Translations under genes and position numbers: made by a program
NCBI GenBank assembly: GCA_963812675.1
Contig: CAWEWR010000006.1
Span: forward strand, 284,723-348,722
From: an uncultured Alphaproteobacteria bacterium
GTDB taxonomy: Bacteria > Pseudomonadota > Alphaproteobacteria > ATCC43930 > CGMCC-115725
Length of the DNA stretch: 64,000 nt
Reading direction: 5' to 3'
The notes under the pieces: model-generated
Seen by the model: only the letters and a program-made list of their open reading frames with translations
Databases searched by the model: none
What the model was told of the DNA's origin: nothing
Shown: piece after piece, positions 28,307 through 37,892 of the stretch
Position numbering within the stretch: the first letter of the stretch is position 1
How the letters are laid out: each line of letters begins with the position of its first letter

Positions 28307-30250
28307 TCAAGTTGTATTGTTGGGGATCAGCCGGGCGGTCTCCAGAGATGTCGCAATGTTCTGAAAGATCGTTTTTATGGTACTGTAGTTGTTTTTCGAG
28401 GGACAGGGTGAGGCGGTACCGTCAGTGGAATAGAACTTCGCCGGGTCGTTGACGTAGGTACCTGCTGTCGTGCCCGGGGCGTTGGCGATTTGCTGCAATG
28501 AATAACACGCGCCGTTAGGTGCTGCGCCGGCGTAGCTCCCTGTATCGGTAGTGCACGTGCTACTCGTTCCGTTGTCGTCATAGTAGACCGCATACACCCG
28601 AGTCCCCGCCGCCGCCGCGGTCTGGGCCGCAGTGACCGCCGCTGCGCACTCATTGCTGGCGGATTTCAACGGCCCCATCTGCGCTGCGGTCGAAGTGGCG
28701 CTGCCATCGGTCAGCAGGACGATCACGTTGGTCCCGCCCTGTCCACCGGCGGCGACGCGGGCCGCTTGCTCCGTGACGAGTGCGTTTTGCGCCGCGGTGA
28801 TCGCATCGGTGTAGTAGGTCCCGAGCCCGCCGGGTGTTTTGAGGCAGCCCGACCCGGTTATCTTCACGATGTTCGAGCTGGTGTTCAGAGAGGCCGTGTC
28901 GGAGGTGCGATAATCGTTACCGAAGCCGACGATTTGGTAGAGCGGCGCGGCGATGATCGTATCGCCTTTGAGGACGCCTGGGCCGGTCGGACTGGCGCTC
29001 ATCACTGCAGTCGTGGGAAGCGTCACCGAGCTGATGGTTGTGCCGGTTCCCCACCAGGGCCAGCTCCCGGTGCCCGCTGGGATGCTCGTCCCGAACGTGA
29101 TCAAATCACCAATAGCCACTCCGGTCCCGGTGGCGTTTTTCGACATCGTTACGGTATTGGCGATCGACGAGACCGCCGAAACTGTGGTGCCCGACGCAAT
29201 CGCACTGGGAGTGGTCGTGTCGTGGATTGTCATGCCCGGGGTGATTTTGGTCGTCACCACGCCGCTCGGGAACGTTAAAACCTTTGACCCAGGCAGCGTT
29301 ACCAGGCTCGTCGGTGTGCCCAGATCGGTTACCACGGCCCACCGCGACCCGGTATTGAATTCGGTCGCCGCAGTCATGCTTGTTTTCAACGACAGCGTGC
29401 TGGTTGTCGTGGCTGCGCCGGTAGTGTTCACGACCCCTGAATATCCTCCTCCTCCCGAGCCCCACTGCGCCGGAATTTGCGGGTTTGTGCAGCCGATATC
29501 GGTCGTCGCTTGACTGGCGTTGGTCACGGGCGGGAACACAAAGAGCGCGACCTCGTCGACCGGGCTACCGGATGTAGCGCCGGCTTGCCAAGGCCAAAGC
29601 TCGCCAAGGAGAGTTTGAGCCCCGTCCACCGCGCAGGCGATTGCGGTGCTATAACCCGAACAGGCGGTCGCGGCGGGTCCCGTCGGAGCGCCGCCCATCG
29701 ACCCGGTCGTGTCGACGATGATGGCCACGTTGAGCGGTGTCGGGACGCCGCCTCTCATGCTCGCGCTTGCGGTTGCTGAGATGCTCACCGTATTGATCCC
29801 AAAAACCCTCGCGAAGAACGTCGGGACTTGGGCGGTCTGGACCACTTGGATACCGTTTGTGCCATTTGTGCCGGCGCAATTGGCAGATGCTACCGCGCAT
29901 GACGGCGTCTGATTGGTGCTGCACGCAAGTCCGACGCTCGTATAACATTTGAGGGTCGCCGTGACTGTAACACTGGTGAGATTTGCATTGCCGTTTAGGC
30001 TCCCCGTTGCGCTGTACGCGGTCGCCTGGGTGATCGCCGCTCCACCTGTGCCAATGACCTGCGCTCCTGCCAGCGCCGCCGCATCGCTCGAAGCCTGGAG
30101 CGCTCTCTGGGCGGAGAAGACAAAGCCGGCATCGACACCGAGCGCGCCGAGCCCGATAAGGACAGGGAGCGCGACCGCCGCCAGAATGGCTACGGCGCCG
30201 CTGTCGTTCCGAAGCACCCTACGGAAAAAGGAAATTCCGTCCCGGTTCAT
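28307..30250 (-). CDS. TadG-like pilus-associated protein with vWA domain
   Basis: Start at MNRDG (ATGA overlap with tadE). N-terminal TadE/G-like hydrophobic segment GAVAILAAVALPVLIGL, MIDAS-like DTTGSMGG and later VLLTDGSATS. Long Thr/Ser/Gly-rich middle region. Confidence 0.7.
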   Translation of the reverse strand: MNRDGISFFRRVLRNDSGAVAILAAVALPVLIGLGALGVDAGFVFSAQRALQASSDAAALAGAQVIGTGGAAITQATAYSATGSLNGNANLTSVTVTATLKCYTSVGLACSTNQTPSCAVASANCAGTNGTNGIQVVQTAQVPTFFARVFGINTVSISATASASMRGGVPTPLNVAIIVDTTGSMGGAPTGPAATACSGYSTAIACAVDGAQTLLGELWPWQAGATSGSPVDEVALFVFPPVTNASQATTDIGCTNPQIPAQWGSGGGGYSGVVNTTGAATTTSTLSLKTSMTAATEFNTGSRWAVVTDLGTPTSLVTLPGSKVLTFPSGVVTTKITPGMTIHDTTTPSAIASGTTVSAVSSIANTVTMSKNATGTGVAIGDLITFGTSIPAGTGSWPWWGTGTTISSVTLPTTAVMSASPTGPGVLKGDTIIAAPLYQIVGFGNDYRTSDTASLNTSSNIVKITGSGCLKTPGGLGTYYTDAITAAQNALVTEQAARVAAGGQGGTNVIVLLTDGSATSTAAQMGPLKSASNECAAAVTAAQTAAAAGTRVYAVYYDDNGTSSTCTTDTGSYAGAAPNGACYSLQQIANAPGTTAGTYVNDPAKFYSTDGTASPCPSKNNYSTIKTIFQNIATSLETARLIPNNTT

Positions 30251-30735
30251 TGAACACCCTCTGTCATGGTTGATGTAAGTTGGCAGGTTGACGCCCAGAA
30301 GTTGAACCCTGCCAACATTGCGCCGCATGGATAAGTCACGGTGACAGCCGCAGGCTGTAGGGAGCCGCCCGAGGATGGCGCTGCGGCTGTCAACGCCGTC
30401 GAACACGCCGAGTCGGTCGCGCACGCCGTCCCGTTAACCGAAAGGGTAATCGTCAGATTGGCTGGAGTGAGGATCGGTGCCGCTGCTTTGATCGCGCTCA
30501 CCGTGTCGGTATAGGGCGTTGTGTCCGAGCGGCTGATCGCGAACTGCATTGCACCCACGTTCACCGCATTTGTCAGCATCACGTAGTTTCCCAGGGTGAG
30601 CCCGAACTGAACCAACCCCAGCAACAAAAAGAGCAGCACAGGAGCAATCAGCGCAAACTCGATCGCTGCTATACCCTTCTCCCCGAGACTGCCATCGTTG
30701 CGATGTTTTCCGGCTGCTAGTGCTTTGATCGCCAT
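30247..30735 (-). CDS. TadE-like pseudopilin
   Basis: GIAAIEFALIAPVLLFLLLGLVQFG is the canonical TadE N-terminal motif. Confidence 0.75.
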   Translation of the reverse strand: MAIKALAAGKHRNDGSLGEKGIAAIEFALIAPVLLFLLLGLVQFGLTLGNYVMLTNAVNVGAMQFAISRSDTTPYTDTVSAIKAAAPILTPANLTITLSVNGTACATDSACSTALTAAAPSSGGSLQPAAVTVTYPCGAMLAGFNFWASTCQLTSTMTEGVQ

Positions 30736-31578
30736 GGCCGGCCTCTCTTCGTCCCCCGTGTGTCGCTAGAAAAACGGCGAAGCATCTGCGCCTCTGGAAG
30801 CGAGGAGTCGCTGACTCTCGCAAAGATATGCACCACCGGGGTAAACACCCGGTTAACCTGGAGAGACGCTCAAGCCTAACAGGCTGCTAAAGCTGGTCGC
30901 GCCGCAAAATGGCCTGTCCGGTTCCTATCGGACCAGCCTAGCCTTCGGGCGTTGCGTAAAACGGAATACGCCCCCGGTCAGTTCTCGGACGTGTTCCGGT
31001 CCTGCCACAGGCAGTGGTAGAAATTAGATACACATTGATCGAAGGGGCCGCGATTTTGCTGACGCTCAGAGTGCCGACGACCCAAGCAGTGCTGAATGGG
31101 GGTAAGCGGAATCGTCGACAGCGCCCTAGAGCGGCACGGCTATTGCCACCACCGAAGCCAACCCGGTGATCTGCGGCGCCGCATAGAGTTTGGCGCCAAA
31201 CGGCGCCAGGGCCACAACTAAAACGGCTCCAACCGGCGCCGGCGCAACATCGCCGCCGAACTCGGTCTGTTGATCACCCGCGGCGGCAGTGATCGTCAAG
31301 GCGCTAGGAGAGAGCCAAACGGAATCCTAGGACCTGGTTGCGTCAATTGGCGTATGTCGTACCCATCTCGCTTCGGTATCCTCGCTCGGAAGGGACGACA
31401 AATTTTCGACGGGCGGGTGAAAGTTCGGTACGCTAATTTTTGCAACGAGGTACTAGCGTGCCCGCCTGCGTGGAGGAGGCGGATTCTGTGATGGAGAAGA
31501 GGGATTCGTACCATCGGGTCCCCTGGCGGTGGTCGGTCGGAAGCGCGAACGCCGCCGACCGCCGCCGACAAGCGATGC

Positions 31579-31764
31579 CTAGGGGGTGGGTATGGTGATG
31601 CCGTTGAGGGTAGTACCTACGTTCTGGAACAGAGCGGTCAGATCATTCCCGAGCGCTTGTGCACCGACCGCGATGGCAAGGGCGACGAAAACAATAAGCA
31701 TCGCGTATTCGGTAGCGGTGGCACCGCCTTCGTCACTGCCAAAGCGTCTGGTCAGAGCGAGCAT
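31579..31764 (-). CDS. flp: Flp family type IVb pilin
   Basis: Start taken at MLALTRRF. The Flp motif G/ATATEYAMLIVFVALAI gives a mature peptide of about 45 aa. Confidence 0.85.
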   Translation of the reverse strand: MLALTRRFGSDEGGATATEYAMLIVFVALAIAVGAQALGNDLTALFQNVGTTLNGITIPTP

Positions 31765-31971
31765 TTGACGTTCCTTCTCCAACGGGACTGGCCTGTAGCC
31801 AGTGGGCGCCAAAAGCGATCACAATCGCTACTCAGCCGACGCCTGAATTTAACTGCGATGGTGTCAGCCCGCTGTACAGGCCAGCGTCAGAAAAACGCCT
31901 TTTTGAATTATTTTATTAGATTGCCGCGCGATTGGACCCATCCTGGTCAGACTGACTTTCGGCGAGCGGCG

Positions 31972-32517
31972 TCAACCTCGACGGACATGCGGGCGAGCGG
32001 CATCGACCAGCATCGCGGATGGGGCGAGGCGCGGACCCTCACCCTCGTCCACCGGCGCGACGATGGTCACGCCCCAGGCGCGCAGCTTGTTTAGCGAGGC
32101 CCGCGCCTCGGGGTGGTTCAGGAGCGGTGCGTTCAACGACGGGCCCACGATCACCGGCGTACCGCGCCCTATCGCCTCGGCGACCACGGATAACGCGAGG
32201 TTGTCGGCAATGCCATGCGCCAGCTTGTTCAGCGAGTTGAAGCTGCAGGGCGCGAACACCACCACGCCACGCGGCGGTCGCGGGCGGATGGCCAGATCGA
32301 AGTAGGATTCGACGACCTGGACGCCCTTGACTTCCGCGAGGTCGCGCGGCGCGATCACGCGCGAAGCATTCGGTGTCGGGATTGCGATAACGGTTGAAAA
32401 GCCGAGCCCGACCAGCCGACCCAGAATCTCGGGACAGCGCGCCGCCGTCGTCGTGCCGCTGAGCATCAGGTAGGCTACCTCAAAACGTTGGCCGCCAGCC
32501 GCAGCGTTGGGGCTCAT
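31972..32517 (-). CDS. flavoprotein, HFCD (phosphopantothenoylcysteine decarboxylase-like) family
   Basis: Size and pattern (LSGTTTAARCPE..., APCSFNSLNKLAHGIADNL) fit the PF02441-type flavoprotein fold. Confidence 0.65.
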   Translation of the reverse strand: MSPNAAAGGQRFEVAYLMLSGTTTAARCPEILGRLVGLGFSTVIAIPTPNASRVIAPRDLAEVKGVQVVESYFDLAIRPRPPRGVVVFAPCSFNSLNKLAHGIADNLALSVVAEAIGRGTPVIVGPSLNAPLLNHPEARASLNKLRAWGVTIVAPVDEGEGPRLAPSAMLVDAARPHVRRG

Positions 32518-32970
32518 TTCGTTATCGAGGCCCCAAGGGGAAATCAGGATTTTCGTTCAACGTCATCGATTTCCTTGCACGCCCGGCTAGGCGGGGCACG
32601 GCGAGTGTAGATAGCATTGCATACCGCAGAGACTCTTTTTCGTGGCGCACAAAATTTTTCCCGGACAGCCCTGCCGCTTGTGGCCGGGGATATCGCGCGG
32701 TTCTGATCCACCGGGGTGGGGTCTCATCTGTGGACACGCGCGAAGTTTTAAACAGCTCCGCCACAAGGAGGCCGCGCAAACTTGAATGCGCTTTTCATTG
32801 ATGTTAAAGAAATTTGCTTAATAAACCTCAACTCGACCAGCCGAGCCTGGAGCGAGGGGCGAGCGTGTTGAGCCTAATCGTCGTGAAGCGGTCGATTGGC
32901 GTGGGCTGGTGACTAAAGATCCGCTTTCGAATACCGTGAGATTGTCGGCTCGGCTGCGGGAGTAAGGATA

Positions 32971-35172
32971 TTGCGGACCTCGAGGGGCTGTCTCCCGGCG
33001 ATCATCCTTTTCGCAACCTTGCTGTCGGGCGCGGCCGCGGCGGCGAACCGGTCGCCTGCCGCCGGCGAAGAAGCGACGCCAAAGCAAATCCAAGAGCTGA
33101 TGACTTTGCTCGCCGATCCGAAGGTGCGTGATTGGCTGGAACAGGAGAGCAAGGCGAACGCCGCCCAGGCACGGGCGACGGATGCCGAAGCGATTTCGAT
33201 TTCGCACGAGTTCGATTCCCGTGTCGCCGCAATTCGCGAGCACATCGTCGCGCTCGGCGCCGCGCTGCCTGATCTACCCGGCCAGATTGAGCACGCCCAC
33301 GGCCTCGTCTCGGCCGATCTGGGAGATCATGGGAGGATCAAGGGCCTGTCGCTCCTCGCGGTTTTTGTGGTCCTGGGCTTTGGCGTCGAGTGGCTGTTTC
33401 GAAGGGCAACGGCGAGGATCCGCGCCCGTCTCGACGGCCTTCCAGTGGCAACCGTGAACGACCGCCTGCGAATTGTGGCCGTGCGCTTCGCCTTTGCCGT
33501 GGGTCTGGTGGCGGCCTTCGCCCTGGGGAGTGTCGGCGCCTTCCTCGCGCTGGACTGGCCACCGCTGCTTCGCGAGATGGTCTTCGGCTATCTCCTCGTC
33601 TTTCTCGTGATCCGTGTCGCGGCCGTCGTGGGCCACTTTTTGTTATCCCCCCATCACGAGCACTTCCGCATCATTCCGATGGACGCGGCGGCGGCTCGCT
33701 TCTGGCACCGGCGGCTTGTCGTGTTTGTCGGCTGGTTTGCCTTCGGTTATGTGGAGGTCGGGCTCCTCAGCACGCTCGGCCTGTCGCTGGCGGGCCGCCA
33801 GCTCATAGCCTACGTACTCGGCCTTGGCCTGCTGGCCATTGCACTGGAAGCGGTTTGGCGACGCCCCGTCGCGCCGGAAGACAGCGCGGAAGCGCTGGAA
33901 ACCAGCACGGAAGCGCCCGAAGCCGGCACGGAAGCGCCGGCGCGCGAAACGCATCGCCTCGGACGCGGCGCCCAAAACGCGTTGCTGTCGGTAGCCGTCG
34001 TGCTGTTATGGGTACTTTGGGTACTCCACGCCATGGCGGGCTTTTGGCTCGTTCTGGTCGTCATCACCCTGCCGCTCGCGATAAGCGTGACCCGCCGCGC
34101 AGTCGAACATCTGCTTCGACCGCCCGGTTCTCCGCAGGTCGGTGAAGGTCCGCCCGGCGTCATCGCGATAAGCCTCGAACGCGGCATACGCGCGCTGCTC
34201 TTCATCGCCGCGGCAGCAGTCCTCGCCTGGGGTTGGGGTATCGACCTCATGCAGCACCTCACCACGGCAGAAGACACGCTGTTCAGCCGCCTGATACACG
34301 GAGCGTTGAGCGCCATCATCATTCTGCTCGTCGCCGACGTCCTGTGGCACGCCACGAAGACGGCGATCGATCGCAAGCTCGCCGAAGTCGCCGACCCGGG
34401 GCAGCCGAGCACCGACGAGGCGCGTCGGCGGGGCCGGCTGCGGACGCTATTGCCGATATTCCGGAATATTCTGTTCGTCGCCGTCATCGCCGTCGCCGTA
34501 TTGATGGCGCTGTCGGCGATGGGCGTGCCGATCACGCCGCTGGTCGCCGGCGCCGGCGTCTTCGGTATCGCGGTCGGCTTCGGTGCGCAAACCTTTGCCC
34601 GCGACATCATCGCCGGCATGTTTTACCTGCTCGACGACGCGTTCCGGGTCGGCGAGTACATTCAAAGCGGTAATTACAAGGGCACCGTCGAGGGCTTCAG
34701 CATTCGCTCAGTTAGGTTGCGGCACCACCGCGGCCCGGTCTACACCGTGCCGTTCAGCCTCTTGGGCGCGGTGCAGAACCAGAGCCGCGACTGGGTCATC
34801 GACAAGATCGCGATCGGTATCACCTATGACAGCGATCTCACCCTCGCCAAGAAGCTGATCAAGCAGATCGGGCTGGATCTCGCGAAAGACCCCGAATACG
34901 CGCCGCTGATCCTCGAACCCCTAAAAATGCAGGGTGTCGACAACCTCGGCGATTTCGCGGTTCAGATCCGGGCGAAGATGATGACTCTGCCGGGCGAGCA
35001 GTTCGTCATCCGGCGAGCGGCCTATGCGATGATCAAAAAGGCGTTCGACGAGAACGGCATCAAATTCGCGTTCCCGACCGTGCAGGTCGCCGGCGAGGGC
35101 GACGCTGCGAGGGCGGCGATTGCCCAGGAGGCCCTGGAGCTCACCCGGCCGCAGGCGCACGCGGCGGAATAG
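32971..35172 (+). CDS. large mechanosensitive ion channel family protein (MscS/MscK-like)
   Basis: TTG start after AAGGA, then a signal peptide and about 10 TM helices. Conserved pore/beta domain FGIAVGFGAQTFARDIIAGMFYLLDDAFRVGEYI...GTVEGFSIRSVRLR. Confidence 0.85.
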   Translation: MRTSRGCLPAIILFATLLSGAAAAANRSPAAGEEATPKQIQELMTLLADPKVRDWLEQESKANAAQARATDAEAISISHEFDSRVAAIREHIVALGAALPDLPGQIEHAHGLVSADLGDHGRIKGLSLLAVFVVLGFGVEWLFRRATARIRARLDGLPVATVNDRLRIVAVRFAFAVGLVAAFALGSVGAFLALDWPPLLREMVFGYLLVFLVIRVAAVVGHFLLSPHHEHFRIIPMDAAAARFWHRRLVVFVGWFAFGYVEVGLLSTLGLSLAGRQLIAYVLGLGLLAIALEAVWRRPVAPEDSAEALETSTEAPEAGTEAPARETHRLGRGAQNALLSVAVVLLWVLWVLHAMAGFWLVLVVITLPLAISVTRRAVEHLLRPPGSPQVGEGPPGVIAISLERGIRALLFIAAAAVLAWGWGIDLMQHLTTAEDTLFSRLIHGALSAIIILLVADVLWHATKTAIDRKLAEVADPGQPSTDEARRRGRLRTLLPIFRNILFVAVIAVAVLMALSAMGVPITPLVAGAGVFGIAVGFGAQTFARDIIAGMFYLLDDAFRVGEYIQSGNYKGTVEGFSIRSVRLRHHRGPVYTVPFSLLGAVQNQSRDWVIDKIAIGITYDSDLTLAKKLIKQIGLDLAKDPEYAPLILEPLKMQGVDNLGDFAVQIRAKMMTLPGEQFVIRRAAYAMIKKAFDENGIKFAFPTVQVAGEGDAARAAIAQEALELTRPQAHAAE

Positions 35173-35629
35173 ACCGTTCCGCCAGCTGTCGGCGCAAAGC
35201 CCGCGTTTCCTCGAAACGGACCGTTACATCGCGCAGGATCGCCGCGATCCCTTCCATTCGGCCCGCACCGTCCCGGAACGGCAGGATCGTGAACTCGATC
35301 GAAATACGCTGCCCGCCTTTTCGCAGCGCCGGCACCGCCAGAATTTCGCCGGCGCCGTAACGGGTGCTCCCGGTCTGCATCGTGACCGAATAACCGGCCC
35401 AATGACGCGCGCGCAAGCCTTCTGGGATGATGATGTCGAGAGATTGGCCCAACGCTTCGGCTTCGGCAAAGCCGAAGATTCGCGCGGCACCGAGGTTCCA
35501 AAATCGGATGATGCCCTGGGCGTCGGCATAAATAATCGCGTCGGGGGCTTCACGGAGGATCGTATGCGACAAGCGGCCGATGTCGATGGCCACCGCATTA
35601 TCCGTAATGGTCGATGTAGCGTCGGACAT
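35141..35629 (-). CDS. stand-alone PAS domain protein
   Basis: ILREAPDAIIYADAQGIIRFWNLGAARIFGFAEAEALGQSLDIIIP is a typical PAS core. The first 10 codons overlap the end of the upstream gene. Confidence 0.8.
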   Translation of the reverse strand: MSDATSTITDNAVAIDIGRLSHTILREAPDAIIYADAQGIIRFWNLGAARIFGFAEAEALGQSLDIIIPEGLRARHWAGYSVTMQTGSTRYGAGEILAVPALRKGGQRISIEFTILPFRDGAGRMEGIAAILRDVTVRFEETRALRRQLAERSIPPRAPAAG

Positions 35630-37820
35630 AGGTTTCCCAGGTGATCTGCTCGCCGCAATATAAATATTTGGTGTTCGCGTCGGCCCATTTGACCCCGAGC
35701 GCCTCGGCTACCTTGGGATGCACCGGCACTTGCAGCCGTTTCAAATGATCGAGAATACCGACGGAGCGGTAGTTTCGATCGAGCCCCAATTCCCGCAACA
35801 GAAATTGCATCAGCATCCCGGTGATTTGCCCGTTCGGGTGGTTTGTCGTGTAAAACAATCTTCGTCTCTGGAAGTTATCTAAGATGAACTGGCCGATCTC
35901 GCAGCCGAATTGCTTGTCCATCGCCGTGAGACGCCGTTTCTCGAAATCGTGCAGTCGGGCGAAATTGATGATGCCATCGACCGACAGCATGCGATAGGCG
36001 AGGAAGCGTTGCTCCCGGTCGGGGATCTCCTTGCGCAACCGCGCGAGCAGCCCGTCGTGATAGAGGAACGTCAGGTTGGGCCACTCGCGTTCATAGGCTT
36101 CCTTGTCGCCCGGTCCGTTGTAATGGTCGAACGGCCACAACGAGGCGAAATGCAACAGTGGAAATTTGATGATCCGGACGCCGTCCAAAATATAGGGCCG
36201 AAGAGGATAATTCTCCCAATCCCTGATGTCTTGCACCAGCAGGACATCGCAGCTTTTTACCTCGGCTATACCGGCCTCGTGCAGGTTCTGCTGCAGCGCG
36301 ACAAAATGATATTTCACATCCAGGCGGTCATGAAACTCACCCGAACGCGCCAGGGCTTCGTGAACCGTTTGAGCCTGGCAGTTGCCGACGATCAGAACTC
36401 TCGTTCTTTGGGGAGAAACGAGGAAGTTCGGTGACTTCGCCGGCGGGTTTTCTCTGCTGAGCTCGTGCAGGTTGGCCGCGCTGACGGTGAGGTCGGCATT
36501 GCCCAGATGCAGAAATCTGAACTCGAAGCCGATCTCGTCCCGGCTTTCGCAGCTCAACTCCGGCGGCACATCGAAATCGAACGAGGCCGCTTCCCGCGCC
36601 AGCGCTTCCGCGGTGAACTCGCACCTTGCCCGCAGCCCCCCAGCGTCTCCGGTTCTTGGGAGGCTCAGGGCGGGGATGCAAAACGACCGGCTCCTGGCGA
36701 TGACCTCGACCCCGAGGACCGGCTGCGACACGGTCCGCGGCGAACCCGCCCGGCAATGAAAGCTCAGCCGATATCGGCCCGAAGGGAGCCGTAACCGGGG
36801 CCGAACGCCGGAGAGGAAACGGCCCGCCGGGTCGGAATGGCGAACCGTCACGCAGTCGGCTTCACGAGCTCCGATCCGGCCTTTTGCGAGACGCCCGAGC
36901 AACCGCCATACCCGCGGCGAAGACGCGGCCTCTATTGTCTGCTTTACGTCGACGGCCTTTATGGTCAGACCGGAATTGCCCAAACGGTGGAGGCGAAGGC
37001 CGATGACGATGTCCTGGCCGCCTTCGAGCGCCAGCTCGGTTGGCACAGCGAAGTCGAAAGACGCCGCTCCGCCACACAATTCTGCGGAGGTAAAATCACG
37101 CCAGGCCAGCTGGACCCCGCCCGACGGGGGCCGGTCGAGTAGGGAATTCCAACTCCAGCGGCCATCTTGCCAGCGTCGCCGGGCGGTGATTTCGACCCCC
37201 AGCACGGGCTCGGCTGGCATTTGCGGAACCCCGGGGTCGCCGCGGATTTCGAGCCGGTAGTGCCCTGCCGGCAGCTGCAGAGAGGGCCGGCCGCCGTCGA
37301 GCCGCCCGAGCATCCGCCACATCCTCGGCGGCGCCGTCCGCGTCTCCTCGCTCTCGATCTGCTGCAGATCGACCGCGGCGATCGTAAGACCGGCATTCCC
37401 AAGATGGAAAAAGCGAAACTCGAGCCTCGCTTCATCGCCGGCTCCGAGTCCAAGGTTCGGCGGCACCGCGAAATCGAGCGAGGCGGTTTCGTCCTGCAAT
37501 TCCACAGCAGTCAGATCGCGCCAGGCGAGCTGAACACGGTTCATCGCGATGACCTCGACCCCGAGCACCGGCTCGCTCGGCAGCCGCGGTTTTCCCGGCC
37601 GGCAGCGGAAACTCAACCGATAGGAGCCGGCGCGCAGCTGCCAATACGGCCCAAAGAGGAGGCAGCCGGCCGGTTCCCTGCGGCGCACGGAAGTGACCCC
37701 GCCGGCGCCGCGCGTTCCGATCGCGGTCTTTTCGAGGCGCTCGAGCACATGCCACTGTGGCAGCGGCTCTTCCTCCGAAGCGATTGCGCCGCCAGTGGTT
37801 TCGGCAACTGCAGACGACAT
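35598..37820 (-). CDS. hypothetical protein: three tandem repeats of about 130 aa, plus a C-terminal WcbI-like domain
   Basis: Repeats (nt about 36462-37757) share LPAGxYRL, EPVLGVEV/I, ASFDFAVP and FRFxHLGNxxLT. The C-terminal domain begins VLIVGNCQAQT. The WcbI-like assignment is from memory only. Confidence 0.55.
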   Translation of the reverse strand: MSSAVAETTGGAIASEEEPLPQWHVLERLEKTAIGTRGAGGVTSVRRREPAGCLLFGPYWQLRAGSYRLSFRCRPGKPRLPSEPVLGVEVIAMNRVQLAWRDLTAVELQDETASLDFAVPPNLGLGAGDEARLEFRFFHLGNAGLTIAAVDLQQIESEETRTAPPRMWRMLGRLDGGRPSLQLPAGHYRLEIRGDPGVPQMPAEPVLGVEITARRRWQDGRWSWNSLLDRPPSGGVQLAWRDFTSAELCGGAASFDFAVPTELALEGGQDIVIGLRLHRLGNSGLTIKAVDVKQTIEAASSPRVWRLLGRLAKGRIGAREADCVTVRHSDPAGRFLSGVRPRLRLPSGRYRLSFHCRAGSPRTVSQPVLGVEVIARSRSFCIPALSLPRTGDAGGLRARCEFTAEALAREAASFDFDVPPELSCESRDEIGFEFRFLHLGNADLTVSAANLHELSRENPPAKSPNFLVSPQRTRVLIVGNCQAQTVHEALARSGEFHDRLDVKYHFVALQQNLHEAGIAEVKSCDVLLVQDIRDWENYPLRPYILDGVRIIKFPLLHFASLWPFDHYNGPGDKEAYEREWPNLTFLYHDGLLARLRKEIPDREQRFLAYRMLSVDGIINFARLHDFEKRRLTAMDKQFGCEIGQFILDNFQRRRLFYTTNHPNGQITGMLMQFLLRELGLDRNYRSVGILDHLKRLQVPVHPKVAEALGVKWADANTKYLYCGEQITWETYVRRYIDHYG

Positions 37821-37892
37821 TTACCTTCGCATGGTCATCGGAGACACACCCGATAAAGAGCATTCTGCTGCCCCCGTGCCAATATCTTCGGC

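Noticed and set aside
31130-31300. 57-codon TTG-initiated hydrophobic ORF (minus strand) in the tadE-flp gap: TITAAAGDQQTEFGGDVAPAPVGAVLVVALAPFGAKLYAAPQITGLASVVAIAVPL.
   Set aside because: It has no Shine-Dalgarno sequence, a non-ATG start and no Flp motif (G/xxxxEY). Its hydrophobicity could be a GC-composition artefact.
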